Origin: the human T2T-CHM13v2.0 reference genome, Homo sapiens
Length of the DNA stretch: 64,000 nucleotides
NCBI RefSeq assembly: GCF_009914755.1
Contig: NC_060933.1
Direction: 5' to 3' (one strand)
The notes beneath the pieces are model-generated. The model worked only from the letters and a program-made list of their open reading frames with translations. It did no database searches and was not told where the DNA came from. Positions 28,401 to 43,089 of this stretch are shown here, piece after piece; positions within the stretch are counted from its first letter, which is position 1, and each line of letters opens with the position of its first letter. The translations under genes were made by a program, and so were the position numbers.

Positions 28401-30700
28401 AGAATGGAATGGAATGGAATGGAACGGAATGGAACGAAACGGAATGGAATGGAATGGAATGGAACGGAACAGAATGGAATGGAATGGAATGGAATGGAAC
28501 TGAAAAGAATAAATGCGAGTGCAGGGGAATGGAATGGAATGGAATGAAATGGAATGGAATCTTCCGGAATGGAATGGAATGGAATGGAATGGAATGCCAT
28601 GGATTCAACTCGATTGCAATGGAATGGAATAGAATGGAATGGAATGGAATGGAATGGAATTAACCAGAATAGAATGGAATGGAATGGAATGGAACGGAAC
28701 GGAACGGAACGGAACGGAATGGAACGGAATGGAATGGAATGGAATGGAATGGAATCAACTCGATTGCATTCTAATGGAATGGAATGGAATTAACCAGAAT
28801 AGAATGGAATGGAATGGAATGGAACGGAACGGAACGGAACGGAATGGAACGGAATGGAACGGAACGGAATGGAATGGAATGGAATGGAATGGAATGGAAT
28901 GGAATTGTATGGAATGGAATGGAATGGTACGGAATAGAATGGAATGGAAAGAATTGGAATGGAATGGAAACGAATGGAATGGAATGGAATGGAATGGAAT
29001 GGAATCAACCCGAGTGTAGGGGAATGTAATGGAACGGAATGCAATGGAATGGAATCATCCGGAATGGAATGGAATGGATTGGAATGGATGGAATGGAATG
29101 GAATGGAATGGAATCAACCCGAGTACAGGGGAATGGAATGGAATGGAATGCAATGGAATGGAGTCATCCGTAATGGAATGGAAAGGAATGGAATGGAATG
29201 CAATGGAATGGAATGGAATGGAATGGAATGGAATCAACTCGATTGCAATCGAATGGAATGGAATGGAATTAACCTGAATAGAATGGAATGGAATGGAATG
29301 GAATGGAATGGAATGGAATGGAATAGAATCAACGCGAGGGCAGGGGAATGGAATGGAATCGAATGGAATGGAATGGAATGGAATGGAATGGAATCAACCC
29401 GAGTGCAGGGGAATTTAATGGAACGGAATGCAATGGAATGGAATCATCCGGAATGGAATGGATTGGAATGGAATGGAATCAACCCGAGTGCAATGGAATG
29501 GAGTGGAATGGAATGGAATGGAATGGAACAACCCGAATGGACTGGAATGTAATGGAGAGTAAGGGAGTTGAAAAGAATCAATCCGAAATTTATGGAATGC
29601 AATGGAACGGAATGGAATGGAAGGGAATGGAATGGAATGGAATGGAATGGAATCAACCCGAGTGCAATGGAATGGAGAGGAATGGAATGGAATGGAATGG
29701 AAACTACCCGAATGGAATGGAATGCGATGGAGTGTAAGGGAATTGAATAGAATCAATCCGAATGTAATGGAATGGAACGGAACGGAATGGAATGGAATGG
29801 AATGGAATGGAATGGAATGGAATGCAATGGAATGGAATAAACCCGACTGCAATGGAATGGAATCAAATGGAATGGAATGCAATGGAATGGATTCAACTTG
29901 AATGGAATGGAAAGAATGGAATCAACACGAGTGGAATGGCATGGAATGGAATGGAATGGAATGGAATCAACCCGAGTACAGGGGAATGGAATGGAATGGA
30001 ATGCAATGGAATGGAATCATTCGTAATGTAATGGAACGGAATGGAATGGAATGGAATGGAATGGAATGGAATGGAATGGAATGGAATCAACTCGATTGCA
30101 TTCGAATGGAATGGAATGGAATTAACCCGAATAGAATGGAATGGAATGGAATGGAACGGAATGGAACGAAACGGAATGGAATGGAATGGAATGAAACGGA
30201 ACGGAATGGAATGGAATGGAATGGAATGGAACTGAAAAGAATAAATGCGAGTGCAGGGGAATGGAATGGAATGCAATGAAATGGAATGGAATCTTCCGGA
30301 ATGGAATGGAATGGAATGGAATGGAATGGAATGGAATGCAATGGATTCAACTCGATTGCAATGGAATGGAATAGAATGGAATGGAATCAACGCGAGTGCA
30401 GGGGAATGGAATGGAATCGAATGGAATGGAATGGAATGGAATGGAATCAACCCGAGTGCAGGGGAATGTAATGGAACGGAATGCAATGGAATGGAATCAT
30501 CCGGAATGGAATGGAATGGAATCAACCCGAGTGCAATGGAATAGAGTGGAATGGAAAGGAATGGAATGGAACAACCCGAATGGAATGGAATGTAATGGAG
30601 AGAAAGGGAGTTGAAAAGAATCAATCCGAATGTAATGGAATGGAATGAAACGGAATGGAATGGAATGGAATGGAATGGAATGGAATGGAATGGAATCAAC
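22460..30700 (+). repeat. HSat3 domain C: patchwork of related blocks with private variants
   Basis: Markers seen only here: GATTGCATTC (~23430, ~28362, ~28762, ~30094), GGAACTGAAAAGAATAAA (~25584, ~28496, ~30228), GAAGCAACCCG (~27320, ~28222), GAGTGTAGGGG (~25965, ~29012), -1 GGAATGGATGG (~26034, ~29081). Confidence 0.7.
27570..30380 (+). repeat. Duplicated ~1.05-kb block at ~1.75-kb spacing (27570-28640 and 29330-30380)
   Basis: Shared in the same order: GGACTGGAATGTAAT (~27788/~29539), TATGGAATGCAAT (~27840/~29591), ATAAACCCGA (~28096/~29836), CATTCGTAATGTAAT (~28276/~30018), GAACGAAACGG, GAACTGAAAAGAATAAATGCG. Confidence 0.75.
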
Positions 30701-32039
30701 CCGAGTGCAATGGAATGGAGTGGAATGGAATGGAATGGAATGGAACAACCCGAATGGAATGGAATGTAATGGAGAGTAAGGGAGTTGAATAGAATCAATC
30801 CGAATGTAATGGAATGGAATGGAACGGAATGGAATTGAATGGAATGGAATGGAATGCAATGGAATGGAATCAACCCGAGTGCAATGGAATGGAGAGGAAT
30901 GGAATGGAATGGAATGGAAACTACCCGAATGGAATGGAATGTAATGGAGTGTAAGGGAATTGAATAGAATCAATCCGAATGTAATGGAATGGAATGGAAC
31001 GGAATGGAATGGAATGGAATGGAATGGAATGCAATGGAATGGAATGAACCCGAGTGCAATCGAATGGAATCGAATGGAATGGAATGCAATGGAATGGATT
31101 AAACTTGAATGGAATGGAAAGAATGGAATCAACACGAGTGGAATGGCGTGGATTGGAATGGAATGGAATGGAATCAACCTGAGTACAGGGGAATGGAATG
31201 GAATGGAATGCAATGGAATGGAATCATCTGAAATGGAATGGAAAGGAATGGAATGGAACGGAATGGAATGGAATGGAATGGAATCAACTCGATAGCAATC
31301 GAATGGAATGGAATGGAATTAACCCGAATAGAATGGAATGGAATGGAATGGAACGGAACGGAATGGAATTGAATGGAATGGAATGGAATGGAACGGAACG
31401 GAATGGAATGGAATGGAATGGAATGGAATGGGATCAACGCGAGTGCAGGGGAATGGAATGGAATGGAATGCAATGGAATGGAATCTTCTGGAATGGAATG
31501 GAATTTAATGGAATGGAATGAAATGCAATGGATTCAACTCGATTGCAATGGAATGGAATAGAATGGAATGGAATGGAATGGAATGGAATTAATCCGAATA
31601 GAATGGAATGGAATGGAATGGAACGGAATGGAATGGAATGGAATGGAATGGAATGGTATGGAATGGAATGGAATGGAATGGAATGGTACGGATTAGAATG
31701 GAATGGAACGAATTGTAATGGAATGGAATTGAATGGAATGGAATGGAATGGAATGGAATGGAATCAACGCGAGTGCAGGGGAATGTAATGTAACGGAATG
31801 CAATGGAATGGAATCATCCGGAATGGAATGGAATGGAATGGAATGGAATAGAATGGAATGGAATCAACCCGAGTGCAATGGAATGGAGTGGAATGGAATG
31901 GAATGGAATGGAATGGAACAACCCGAATGGAATGGAATGTAATGGAGAGTAAGGGAGTTGAATAGAATCAATCCGAATGTAATGGAATGGAAAGCAACGG
32001 AATGGAATGGAATGGAATCGAATGCAATGCAATGGAATT

Positions 32040-34140
32040 GATTCAACCCGAGTACAATGGAATGGAATGGAATGGAATGGAATGGAATGGAATGGAATGG
32101 AATGGAATGATGCGGAATAGAATGGAATGGAACGAAATGGAATGGAATGGAATGGAATGGAATGGAATGGAATGGAATGGAATCGTTCCGAGTGGAATAG
32201 GAGGGAATGTATTCGAGTGGAATGGAAAGGAATGGTATCAACCAGAGTGGAATGGAAGGGAAGGGAATGGAATGGAAACTAATAGAATGGAATCAACCCG
32301 AGTGGAATGGAATGGAAAGGACTGGAATGGAGTGGAATGGAATGGAATGGAATGGAATGGAATCAACTCGATTGTAATGGAATGGAATGGAATGCAATGG
32401 AATGGAATGGAATGGAATTAACCCGAATACAATGGAATGGAATGGAATGGAACGGAATGGAGTAGAATGGAATGGAATCAACCCGAGTGCAGGGGAATGG
32501 AATGGAATGGAATGCAATGGAATGGAATCATCCGTAATGGAATGGAAGGGAATGGAATGGAATGGAATGGAATGGAAAGGAATACATTCGAATCAACCCG
32601 AGTGGAATGGAATGGAATGGACTGGAATGGAGTGGAATGGAATGGAATGGAATGGAATGGAATCAAATCGATTGGAATGGAATGGAATGGAACGGAATGG
32701 AATTAACCCGAATAGAATGGAATGGAATGGAATGGAACGGAACGTAATGGAATGGAATGGAATGGAATGGAATGGAATGGAATGGAATCAACCCGACTGC
32801 AGGGGAATGGAATGGAATGGAAGGCAATGGAATGGATTCAACTTGAATGGAATGGAAAGAATGGAATCAACACGAGTGGAATGGCATGGATTGGAATGGA
32901 ATGGAATGGAATCAACCCGAGTACAGGGGAATGGAATGGAATGGAATGCAATGGAATGGAATCATCCGTAATGGAATGGAAAGGAATGGAATGGAATGGA
33001 ATGGAATGGAATGGAATGGAATGGAATCAACTCGATTGCAATCGAATGGAATGGAATGGAATTAACCCGAATAGAATGGAATGGAATGGAATGGAACGGA
33101 ACGGAACGGAACGGAACGGAACGGAGTAGAATGGAATGGAATGGAATTGTACGGAATGGAATGGCATGGTACGGAATAGAATGGAATGGAAAGAATTGGA
33201 ATGGAATGGAATCGAATGGAACGGAATGCAATGGAATGGAATCATCCGGAATGGAATGGAATGGAATGGAATGGAATGGAATGGAATCAACCCGAGTGCA
33301 ATGGAAAGAGTGGAATGGAATGGAATGGAATGGAACAACCCGAATGGAATGGAATGAAATGGAGAGTAAGGGAGTTGAATAGAATCAATCCGAATGTAAT
33401 GGAATGGAACGGAATGGAATGGAATGGAATGGAATGGAATGGAATGGAATGGAATGCAATGGAATGGAATCAACCCGAGGACAATGGAACGGAATGGAAT
33501 ACAATGGAATGTAATGGAATGGAATGGAATGGAATGGAATGGAATGATGCGGAATAGAATGGAATGGAACGAAATGGAATGGAATGGAATGGAATGGAAT
33601 GGAATGGAATGGAATGGAATCGTTCCGAGTGGAATAGGAGGGAATGTATTCGAGTGGAATGGAAAGGAATGGTATCAACCAGAGTGGAATGGAAGGGAAG
33701 GGAATGGAATGGAAACTAATAGAATGGAATCAACCCGAGTGGAATGGAATGGAAAGGACTGGAATGGAATGGAATGGAATGGAATCAACCCGATTGTAAT
33801 GGAATGGAATGGAATGCAATGGAATGGAATGGAATGGAATTAACCCGAATACAATGGAATGGAATGGAATTGAACGGAATGGAGTAGAATGGAATGGAAT
33901 CAACCCGAGTGCAGGGGAATGGAATGGAATGGAATGCAATGGAATGGAATCATCCAGAATGGAATGGAATGGAATGGAATGCAAAGCAATGGAATCAACT
34001 CGATTGCAATGGAATGGAATGGAATGGAAAGGAATACATTGGAATCAACCCGAGTGGAATGGAATGGAAAGGACTGGAATGGAGTGGAATGGAATGGAAT
34101 GGAATGGAATGGAATCAAATCGATTGGAATGGAATGGAAT
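32040..34140 (+). repeat. Duplicated ~650-bp block at ~1.44-kb spacing (32040-32690 and 33470-34140)
   Basis: Shared variants: ATGATGCGGAATAG (~32107/~33544), GGTATCAACCAGAGT with GGAAGGGAAGGG (~32234/~33671), GGAGTAGAAT (~32459/~33881), CAAATCGATTGG (~32664/~34116). Confidence 0.8.
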
Positions 34141-37100
34141 GGAATGGAAAGCAATGGAATGGAATCAACCCGAGTACAATGGAACGGAATGGAATGGAAT
34201 GGAATGGAATGGAATGGAATGGAATGGAATGGAATCAACCCGAGTGCAATGGAATGGAGAGGAATGGAATGGAATGGAATGGAAACTACCCGAATGGAAT
34301 GGAATGTAATGGAGTGTAAGGGAATTGAATAGAATCAATCCGAATGGAATGGAATGGAATGGAATGGAATGGAATGGAATGGAATGGAATCAACACGAGT
34401 GCAGGGGAATGGAATGGAATGGAATGCAATGGAATGGAATCATCCGGAATGGAATGGAATGGAATGCAATGGAATGGAATGGAATGGAATCAACCCGAGT
34501 GCAATGGAATGGAGTGAAATGGAATGGAATGGAATGGAAACAACCAGAATGGATGGAATATAATGGAGTGTAAGGGAATTGAATAGCATCAATCTGAATG
34601 TAATGAAATGGAATGGAACGGAATGGAATGGAATGGAATGGAATGGAATGCAATGGAATGGAATGGAATGCAATGGAATGGAATCAACTCGAGTGCAATC
34701 GAATGGAATCGAATGCAATGGAATGCAATGGAAAGGATTCAACTTGAATGGAATTGAAAGAATGGAATCACCACGAGTGGAATAGCATGGATTGGAATGG
34801 AATGGAATGGAATCAACCAGAGTACAGGGGAATGGAATGGAATGGAATGCCATGGAATGGTATCATCAGTAATGGAATGGAAAGGAATGGAAAGGAATGG
34901 AATGGAATGGAATGGAATGGAATGGAAAGGAATCAACTCGATTGCAATCGAATGGAATGGAATGGAATTAACCCGAATAGAATGGAGTAGAATGGAATGG
35001 AACGGAACGGAAAGGAAGGGAATGGAATGGAATGGAACGGAAAGGAATGGAATGGAATGGAATGGAATGGAATGGAAGGGAATGCAATGGAATGGAACAA
35101 CACGAATGGAAAGGAATGTAATGGAGAGTAAGGAAGTTGAATAGAATCAATCCGAATGTAATGGAATGGAATGCAACGGAATGGAATGGAATGGAATGGA
35201 ATGGAATGGAATGGAATGGAATGCAAAGGAATTGAATCAACCCGAGTACAATGGAATGGAATGGAATGGAATGGAATGGAATGGAATGGAACGGAATGGA
35301 ATGATACGGAATAGAATGGAATGGAACGAAATGGAATGGAATGGAATGGAATGGAATGGAATGGAATCGTTCCGAGTGCAATAGGAGGGAAAGTATTCGA
35401 GTGGAATGGAAAGGAATGGAATCAACCAGAGTGGAATGGAAGGGAATGGAATGGAATGGAATGGAATGGAATGGAATGGAATGGAATGGAATCAACCCGA
35501 GTGCAATCGAATGGAATCAAATGGAATGGAATGCAATGGAATGGATTCAACTTGAATGGAAAGGAAAGAATGGAATCAACACGAGTGGAATGGCATGGAT
35601 TGGAATCGAATGGAATGGAATCAACCCGAGTACAGGGGAATGGAATGGAATGGAATGCAATGGAATGGAATCATCAGTAATGGAATGGAAAGGAATGGAA
35701 AGGACTGGAATGGAATGGAATGGAATGGAATGGAATGGAATGGAATCAACTCGATTGCAATCGAATGGAATGGAATGGAATTAACCCGAATAGAATGGAA
35801 TGGAATGGAATGGAACGGAACGGAATGGAATGGAATGGAATGGAATGGAATGGAATGGAACGGAAAGGAATGGAATGGAATGGAATGGAACGGAATGGAA
35901 TGGAGTGGAATCAACGCGAGTGCAGGGGAATGGAATGGAATCGAATGGAATGGAAAGGAATGGAATGGAATCAACCCGAGTGCAGGGGAACGTAATGGAA
36001 CGGAATGCAATGGAATGGAATCATCCGGAATGGAATGGAACGGAATGGAATGGAATCAACCCGAGTGCAATGGAATGGAGTGGAATGGAAAGGAATGGAA
36101 TGGAAGAACCCGAATGGAATGGAATGTAATGGAGAGTAAGGGAGTTGAAAAGAATCAATCAGAATGTAATGGAATGGAATGGAACAGAATGGAATGGAAT
36201 GGAATGGAATGGAATGCAATGGAATGGAATCAACCCGAGTACAATGGAATGGAAAGGAATGGAATGGAATGGAATGGAATGGAATGGAATGCAATGGAAT
36301 GGAATCTTCCGGAATTGAATGAAATGGAATGGAATGGAATAGAATGGAATGCAATGGATTCAACTCGATTGCAATGGAATGGAATAGAATGGAATGGAAT
36401 GGAATGGAATGGAATGGAATTAAACCGAATAGAATGGAATGGAATGGAATGGAACGGAACAGAACGGAACGGAACGGAACGGAGTGGAATGGAATGGAAT
36501 GAAATTGTATGGAATGGAATGGAATGGTACGGAATAGAATGGAATGGAAAGAATTGGAATGGAATGGAATCGAATGGAATGGAATGGAATGGAATGGAAT
36601 CAACCCGAGTGCAGGGGAATGTAATGGAACGGAATGCAATGGAATGGAATCATCCGGAATGGAATGGAATGGAATGGAATGGAATGGAATGGAATGGAAC
36701 GGAATCAACCTGAGCGCAATGGAATGGAGTGGAATGGAATGGAATGGAATGGAACAACCCAAATGGAATGGAATGTAATGGAGAGTAAGGGAGTTGAACA
36801 GAATCAATCCGAATGTAATGGAATGGAACGGAATGGAATGGAATGGAATGGAATGGAATGGAATGGAATGCAATGGAATGGAATCAACCCGAGTACAATG
36901 GAACGGAATGGAATGGAATGGAATGGAATGGAATGGAATGGAATGGAATGGAATGGAATGGAACGGAATGGAATGGAATGGAATCAACCCGAGTGCAATG
37001 GAATGGAGAGGAATGGAATGGAATGGAATGGAAACTACCCGAATGGAATGGAATGTAATGGAGTGTAAGGGAATTGAATAGAATCAATCCGAATGGAATG

Positions 37101-40096
37101 GAATGGAATGGAACGGAATGTAATGGAATGGAATGGAATGGAATCAACCCGAGTGCAGGGGAATGGAATGGAATGGAATGCAATGGAATGGAATCATCCG
37201 GAATGGAATGGAATGGAATGCAATGGAATGGAATGGAATGGAATGGAATGCAATGGAATGGAATCAACCCGAGTGCAATGGAATGGAGTGAAATGGAATG
37301 GAATGGAATGGAGACAACCAGAATGGATTGGAATATAATGGAGTGTAAGGGAATTGAATAGAATCAATCTGAATGTAATGAAATGGAATGGAACGGAATG
37401 GAATAGAATGGAATGGAATGGAATGGAATGGAATGCAATGGAATGGAATCAACCCGAGTGCAATAGAATGGAATCGAATGGAATGGAATGTAATGGAATG
37501 GATTCAACTTGAATGGAATGGAAAGAATGGAATCAACACGAGTGGAATGGCATGGATTGGAATGGAATGGAATGGAATCAACCCGAGTATAGGGGAATGG
37601 AATGGAATGCAATGCAATGGAATGGAATCATCCGTAATGGAATGGAATGGAATGGAATGGAATGGAATGGAATGCAATGGAATGGAATCAACCCGAGTGC
37701 AATGGAATGGAGAGGAATGGAATGGAATGGAATGGAAACTACCCGAATGGAATGGAATGTAATGGAGTGTAAAGGAATTGAATAGAATCAATCCGAATGT
37801 AATGGAATGGAATGGAACGGAATGGAATGGAATGCAATGGAATGGAATGGAATGGATTGCAATGGAATGGAATCAACCCGAGTGCAATCGAATGGAATCA
37901 AATGCAATGGAATGCAATGGAATGGATTCAACTTGAATGGAAAGGAAACAATGGAATCAACACGAGTGGAATGGCATGGATTGGAATACGAATGGAATGG
38001 AATCAACCCGAGTACAGGGGAATGGAATGGAATGGAATGCAATGGAATGGAATCATCCGTAATAGAATGGAAAGGAATGGAATGGAATGGAATGGAATGG
38101 AATGTTAGGGAATGGAATCAACTCGATTGCAATCGAATGGAATGGAATGGAATTAACCCGAATAGAATGGAATGGAATGGAATGGAACGGAACGGAATGG
38201 AATGGAATGGAATGGAATGGAATGGAATGGAACGGAACGGAATGGAATGGAATGGAATGGAATGGAATGGAATGGAATCAACGCGAGTGCAGGGGAATGG
38301 AATGGAATGGAATGCAATGGAATGGAATCTTCCGGAATGGAATGGAATGGAATGGAATGGAATGAAATGCAATGGATTCAACACGATTGCAATGGAATGG
38401 AATAGAATGGAATGGAATGGAATGGAATGGAATTAATCCGAATAGAATGGAATGGAATGGAATGGAACGGAATGGAACGGAATGGAATGGAATGGAATGG
38501 AATGGAATGGTATGGAATGGAATGGAATGGTACGGAATAGAATGGAATGGAACGAATTGTAATGGAATGGAATTGAATGGAATGGAATGGAATGGAATGG
38601 AATCAACGCGAGTGCAGGGGAATGTAATGGAACGGAATGCAATGGAATGGAATCATCCAGAATGGAATGGAATGGAATGGAATGGAATGGAATCAACCCG
38701 AGTGCAATGGAATGGAGTGGAATGGAATGGAATGGAATGGAACAACCCGAATGGAATGGAATGTAATGGAGAGTAAGGGACTTGAATAGAATCAATCCGA
38801 ATGTAATGGAATGGAATGCAACGGAATGGAATGGAATGGAATGGAATGGAATGCAACGGAATTGAATCAACCCGAGTACAATGGAATGGAATGGAATGGA
38901 ATGGAATGGAATGGAATGGAATGGAATGGAATGGAATGATACGGAATAGAATGGAATGGAACGAAATGGAATGGAATGGAATGGAATGGAATGGAAAGGA
39001 ATGGAATGGAATGGAATGGAATCGTTCCGAGTGGAATAGGAGGGAATGTATTCGAGTGGAATGGAAAGGAATGGTATCAACCAGAGTGTAATGGAAGGGA
39101 ATGGAATGGAATGGAAACTAATAGAATGGAATCAACCCGAGTGGAATGGAATGGAAAGGACTGGAATGGAATGGAATGGAATGGAATCAACTCGATTGTA
39201 ATGGAATGGAATGGAATGGAATGCAATGGAATGGAATTAACCCGAATACAATGGAATGGAATGGAATGGAACGGAATGGAGTGGAATGGAATGGAATCAA
39301 CCCGAGTGCAGGAGAATGGAATGGAATGGAATGCAATGGAATGGAATCATCCGGAATGGAATGGAATGGAATGGAATGCAAAGCAATGGAATCAACTCGA
39401 TTGCAATGGAATGGAATGGAATGGAAAGGAATACATTGGAATCAACCCGAGTGGAATGGAATGGAAAGGACTGGAATGGAGTGGAATGGAATCGAATGGA
39501 ATGGAATGGAATCAACTCGATTGGAATGGAATGGAATGGAATGGAATTAACCCGAATAGAATGGAATGGAATGGAATGGAACGGAACGGAATGGAATGGA
39601 ATGGAATGGAATGGAATGGAATCAACCCGAGTGCAATGGAATGGAATGGAGAGTAAGGGAGTTGAATAGAATCAATCCGAATGTAATGGAATGGAACGGA
39701 ATGGAATGGAATGGAATGGAATGGAATGGAATGGAATGCAATGGAATGGAATCAACCCGAGTACAATGGAACGGAATGGAATGGAATGGAATGTAATGTA
39801 ATGGAATGGAATGGAATGGAATGGAATGGAATGGAATCAACCCGAGTGCAATGGAATGGAGAGGAATGGAATGGAATGGAATGGAAACTACCCGAATGGA
39901 ATGGAATGTAATGGAGTGTAAGGGAATTGAATAGAATCAATCCGAATGGAATGGAATGGAATGGAACGGAATGTGATGGAATGGAATGGAATGGAATCAA
40001 CCCGAGTGCAGGGGAATGGAATGGAATGGAATGCAATGGAATGGAATCATCCGGAATGGAAAGGAATGGAATGCAATGGAATGGAATGGAATGGAA

Positions 40097-40465
40097 TCAA
40101 CCCGAGTGCAATGGAATGGAGTGAAATGGAATGGAATGGAATGGAGACAACCAGAATGGATTGGAATATAATGGAGTGTAAGTGAATTGAATACAATCAA
40201 TCTGAATGTAATGAAATGGAATGGAACGGAATGGAATGGAATGGAATGGAATGGAATGGAATGGAATGGAATGCAATGGAATGGAATCAACCCGAGTGAA
40301 ATGGAATGTAGTGAAATGGAATGGAATGGAATGGAGACAACAAGAATGGATTGGAATATAATGGAGTGTAAGGGAATTGAATAGAATCAATCTGAATGTA
40401 ATGAAATGGAATGGAACGGAATGGAATGGAATGGAATGGAATGGAATGCAATGGAATTGAATCAA
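40097..40465 (+). repeat. Nested ~190-bp tandem duplication (diverged)
   Basis: GAGACAAC(C/A)AGAATGGATTGGAATATAATGGAGTGTAAG(T/G)GAATTG occurs twice, 190 bp apart, with about six substitutions. It is single-copy in the sister block at ~37265-37450. Confidence 0.85.
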
Positions 40466-41589
40466 CCCGAGTGCAATAGAATGGAATCGAATGGAATGGA
40501 ATGTAATGGAATGGATTCAACTTGAATGGAATGGAAAGAATGGAATCAACACGAGTGGAATGGCATGGATTGGAATGGAATGGAATGGAATCAACCCGAG
40601 TATAGGGGAATGGAATGGAATGGAATGCAATGGAATGGAATCATACGTAATGGAATGGAATGGAATGGAATGGAATGGAATGGAATGGAATGGAATGGAA
40701 TGCAATGGAATGGAATCAACCCTAGTGCAATGGAATGGAGAGGAATGGAATGGAATGGAATGAAACCTAACCGAATTGAATGGAATGTAATGGAGAGTAA
40801 AGGAATTGAATGGAATCAATCCGAATGTAATGGAATGGAATGGAACGGAATGGAATGGAATGCAATGGAATGGAATGGAATGGATTGCAATGGAATGGAA
40901 TCAACCCGAGTGCAATCGAATGGAATCGAATGGAATGGAATGCAATGGAATGGATTCAAATTGAATGGAATGGAAAGAATGGAATCAACACGAGTGGAAT
41001 GGCATGGTTTGGAATAGGAATGGAATGGAATCAACCGGAGTACAGGGGAATGGAATGGAATGGAATGCAATGGAATGGAATCATCCGTAATGGAATGGAA
41101 GGGAATGGAATGGAATGGAATGGAATGGAATGTTAGGGAATGGAATCAACTCGATTGCAATCGAATGGAATGGAATGGAATTAACCCGAATAGAATGGAA
41201 TGGAATGGAATGGAACGGAACGGAACGGAACGGAATGCAATGGAATGGAATGGAATGGAATGGAATGGAACGGAACGGAACGGAATGGAATGGAATGGAA
41301 TGGAATGGAATGGAATGGAATCAACGCGAGTGCAGGGGAATGGAATGGAATGGAATGCAATGGAATGGAATCTTCCGGAATGGAATGGAATGGAATGGAA
41401 TGGAATGAAATGCAATGGATTCAACTCGATTGCAATGGAATGGAATAGAATGGAATGGAATGGAATAGAATGGAATTAATCCGAATAGAATGGAATGGAA
41501 TGGAATGGAACGGATTGGAACGGAATGGAATGGAATGGAATGGAATGGAATGGAATGGTATGGAATGGAATGGAATGGAATGGAATGGA

Positions 41590-42040
41590 ATGGAATCAAC
41601 TCGATTGGAATGGAATGGAATGGAATGGAATGGAATGGAATGGAATGGAATTAATTCGAATAGAATGGAATGGAATGTAATGGAACGGAATGGAACGGAA
41701 TGGAATGGAATGGAATGGAATGGTATGGAACGGAATGGAATGGTACGGAATAGAATGGAATGGAACGAATTGTAATGGAATGGAATTGAATGGAATGGAA
41801 TGGAATGGAATGGAATGGAATCAACTCGATTGGAATGGAATGGAATGGAATGGAATGGAATGGAATGGAATGGAATTAATTCGAATAGAATGGAATGGAA
41901 TGTAATGGAACGGAATGGAACGGAATGGAATGGAATGGAATGGAATGGTATGGAACGGAATGGAATGGTACGGAATAGAATGGAATGGAACGAATTGTAA
42001 TGGAATGGAATTGAATGGAATGGAATGGAATGGAATGGAA
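41590..42040 (+). repeat. Nested 225-bp apparently perfect tandem duplication
   Basis: CAACTCGATTGG at 41597/41822 and the rare TTAATTCGAATAG at 41651/41876, with GGTATGGAACGG and CGAATTGTAAT identical in both. ORFs at 41690 and 41915 start identically, 225 bp apart. Confidence 0.9.
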
Positions 42041-43089
42041 TCAACGCGAGTGCAGGGGAATGTAATGGAACGGAATGCAATGGAATGGAATCATCCGGAA
42101 TGGAATGGAATGGAATGGAATGGAATGGAATCAACCCGAGAGCAATGGAATGGAGTGGAATGGAATGGAATGGAATGGAACAACCCGAATGGAATGGAAT
42201 GTAATGGAGAGTAAGGGAGTTGAATAGAATCAATCCGAATGTAATGGAATGGAATGCAACGGAATGGAATGGAATGGAATGGAATGGAATGCAACGGAAT
42301 TGAATCAACCCGAGTACAATGGAATGGAATGGAATGGAATGGAATGGAATGGAATGGAATGGAATGGAATGATACGGAATAGAATGGAGTGGAACGAAAT
42401 GGAACGGAATGGAATGGAATGGAATGGAATGGAATGGAATGGAATGGAATGGAATCGTTCCGAGTGGAATAGGAGGGAATGTATTCGAGTGGAATGGAAA
42501 GGAATGGTATCAACCAGAGTGTAATGGAAGGGAATGGAATGGAATGGAATCTAATAGAATGGAATCAACCCGAGTGGAATGGAATGGAAAGGACTGGAAT
42601 GGAATGGAATGGAATGGAATCAACTCGATTGTAATGGAATGGAATGGAATGGAATGCAATGGAATGGAATTAACCCGAATACAATGGAATGGAATGGAAT
42701 GGAACGGAATGGAGTGGAATGGAATGGAATCAACCCGAGTGCAGGAGAATGGAATGGAATGGAATGAAAAGGAAAGGAATCATCCGGAATGGAATGGAAT
42801 GGAATGGAATGCAAAGCAATGGAATCAACTCGATTGCAATGGAATGGAATGGAATGGAAAGGAATACATTGGAATCAACCCGAGTGGAATGGAATGGAAA
42901 GGACTGGAATGGAGTGGAATGGAATGGAATGGAATGGAATGGAATCAACTCGATTGGAATGGAATGGAATGGAATGGAATGGAATTAATCCGAATAGAAT
43001 GGAATGGAATGGAATGGAACGGAACGGAATGGAATGGAATGGAATGGAATGGAATGGAATCAACCCGAGTGCAATGGAATGGAGTGGAA

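Noticed and set aside
27570-30380. ~1.75-kb spacing as evidence for a named ~1.8-kb satellite unit or a specific chromosome
   Set aside because: Only two partial copies show this spacing. Chromosome or subfamily assignment needs k-mer comparison with a reference, which I cannot run.
35556-36713. Longest ORF (385 aa) and all other + strand MEWNG-repeat ORFs
   Set aside because: (GGAAT)n has no stop codon and an ATG every 5 bp, so all three frames give MEWNG repeats. ORFs overlap in every frame, with no domain, codon bias or splice structure. Poly-WNGME translation is described for the SCA31 TGGAA expansion, but nothing here indicates translation.
35971-36987. Minus-strand FHSIP-repeat ORFs (up to 338 aa)
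   Set aside because: Same artefact on the (ATTCC)n strand.
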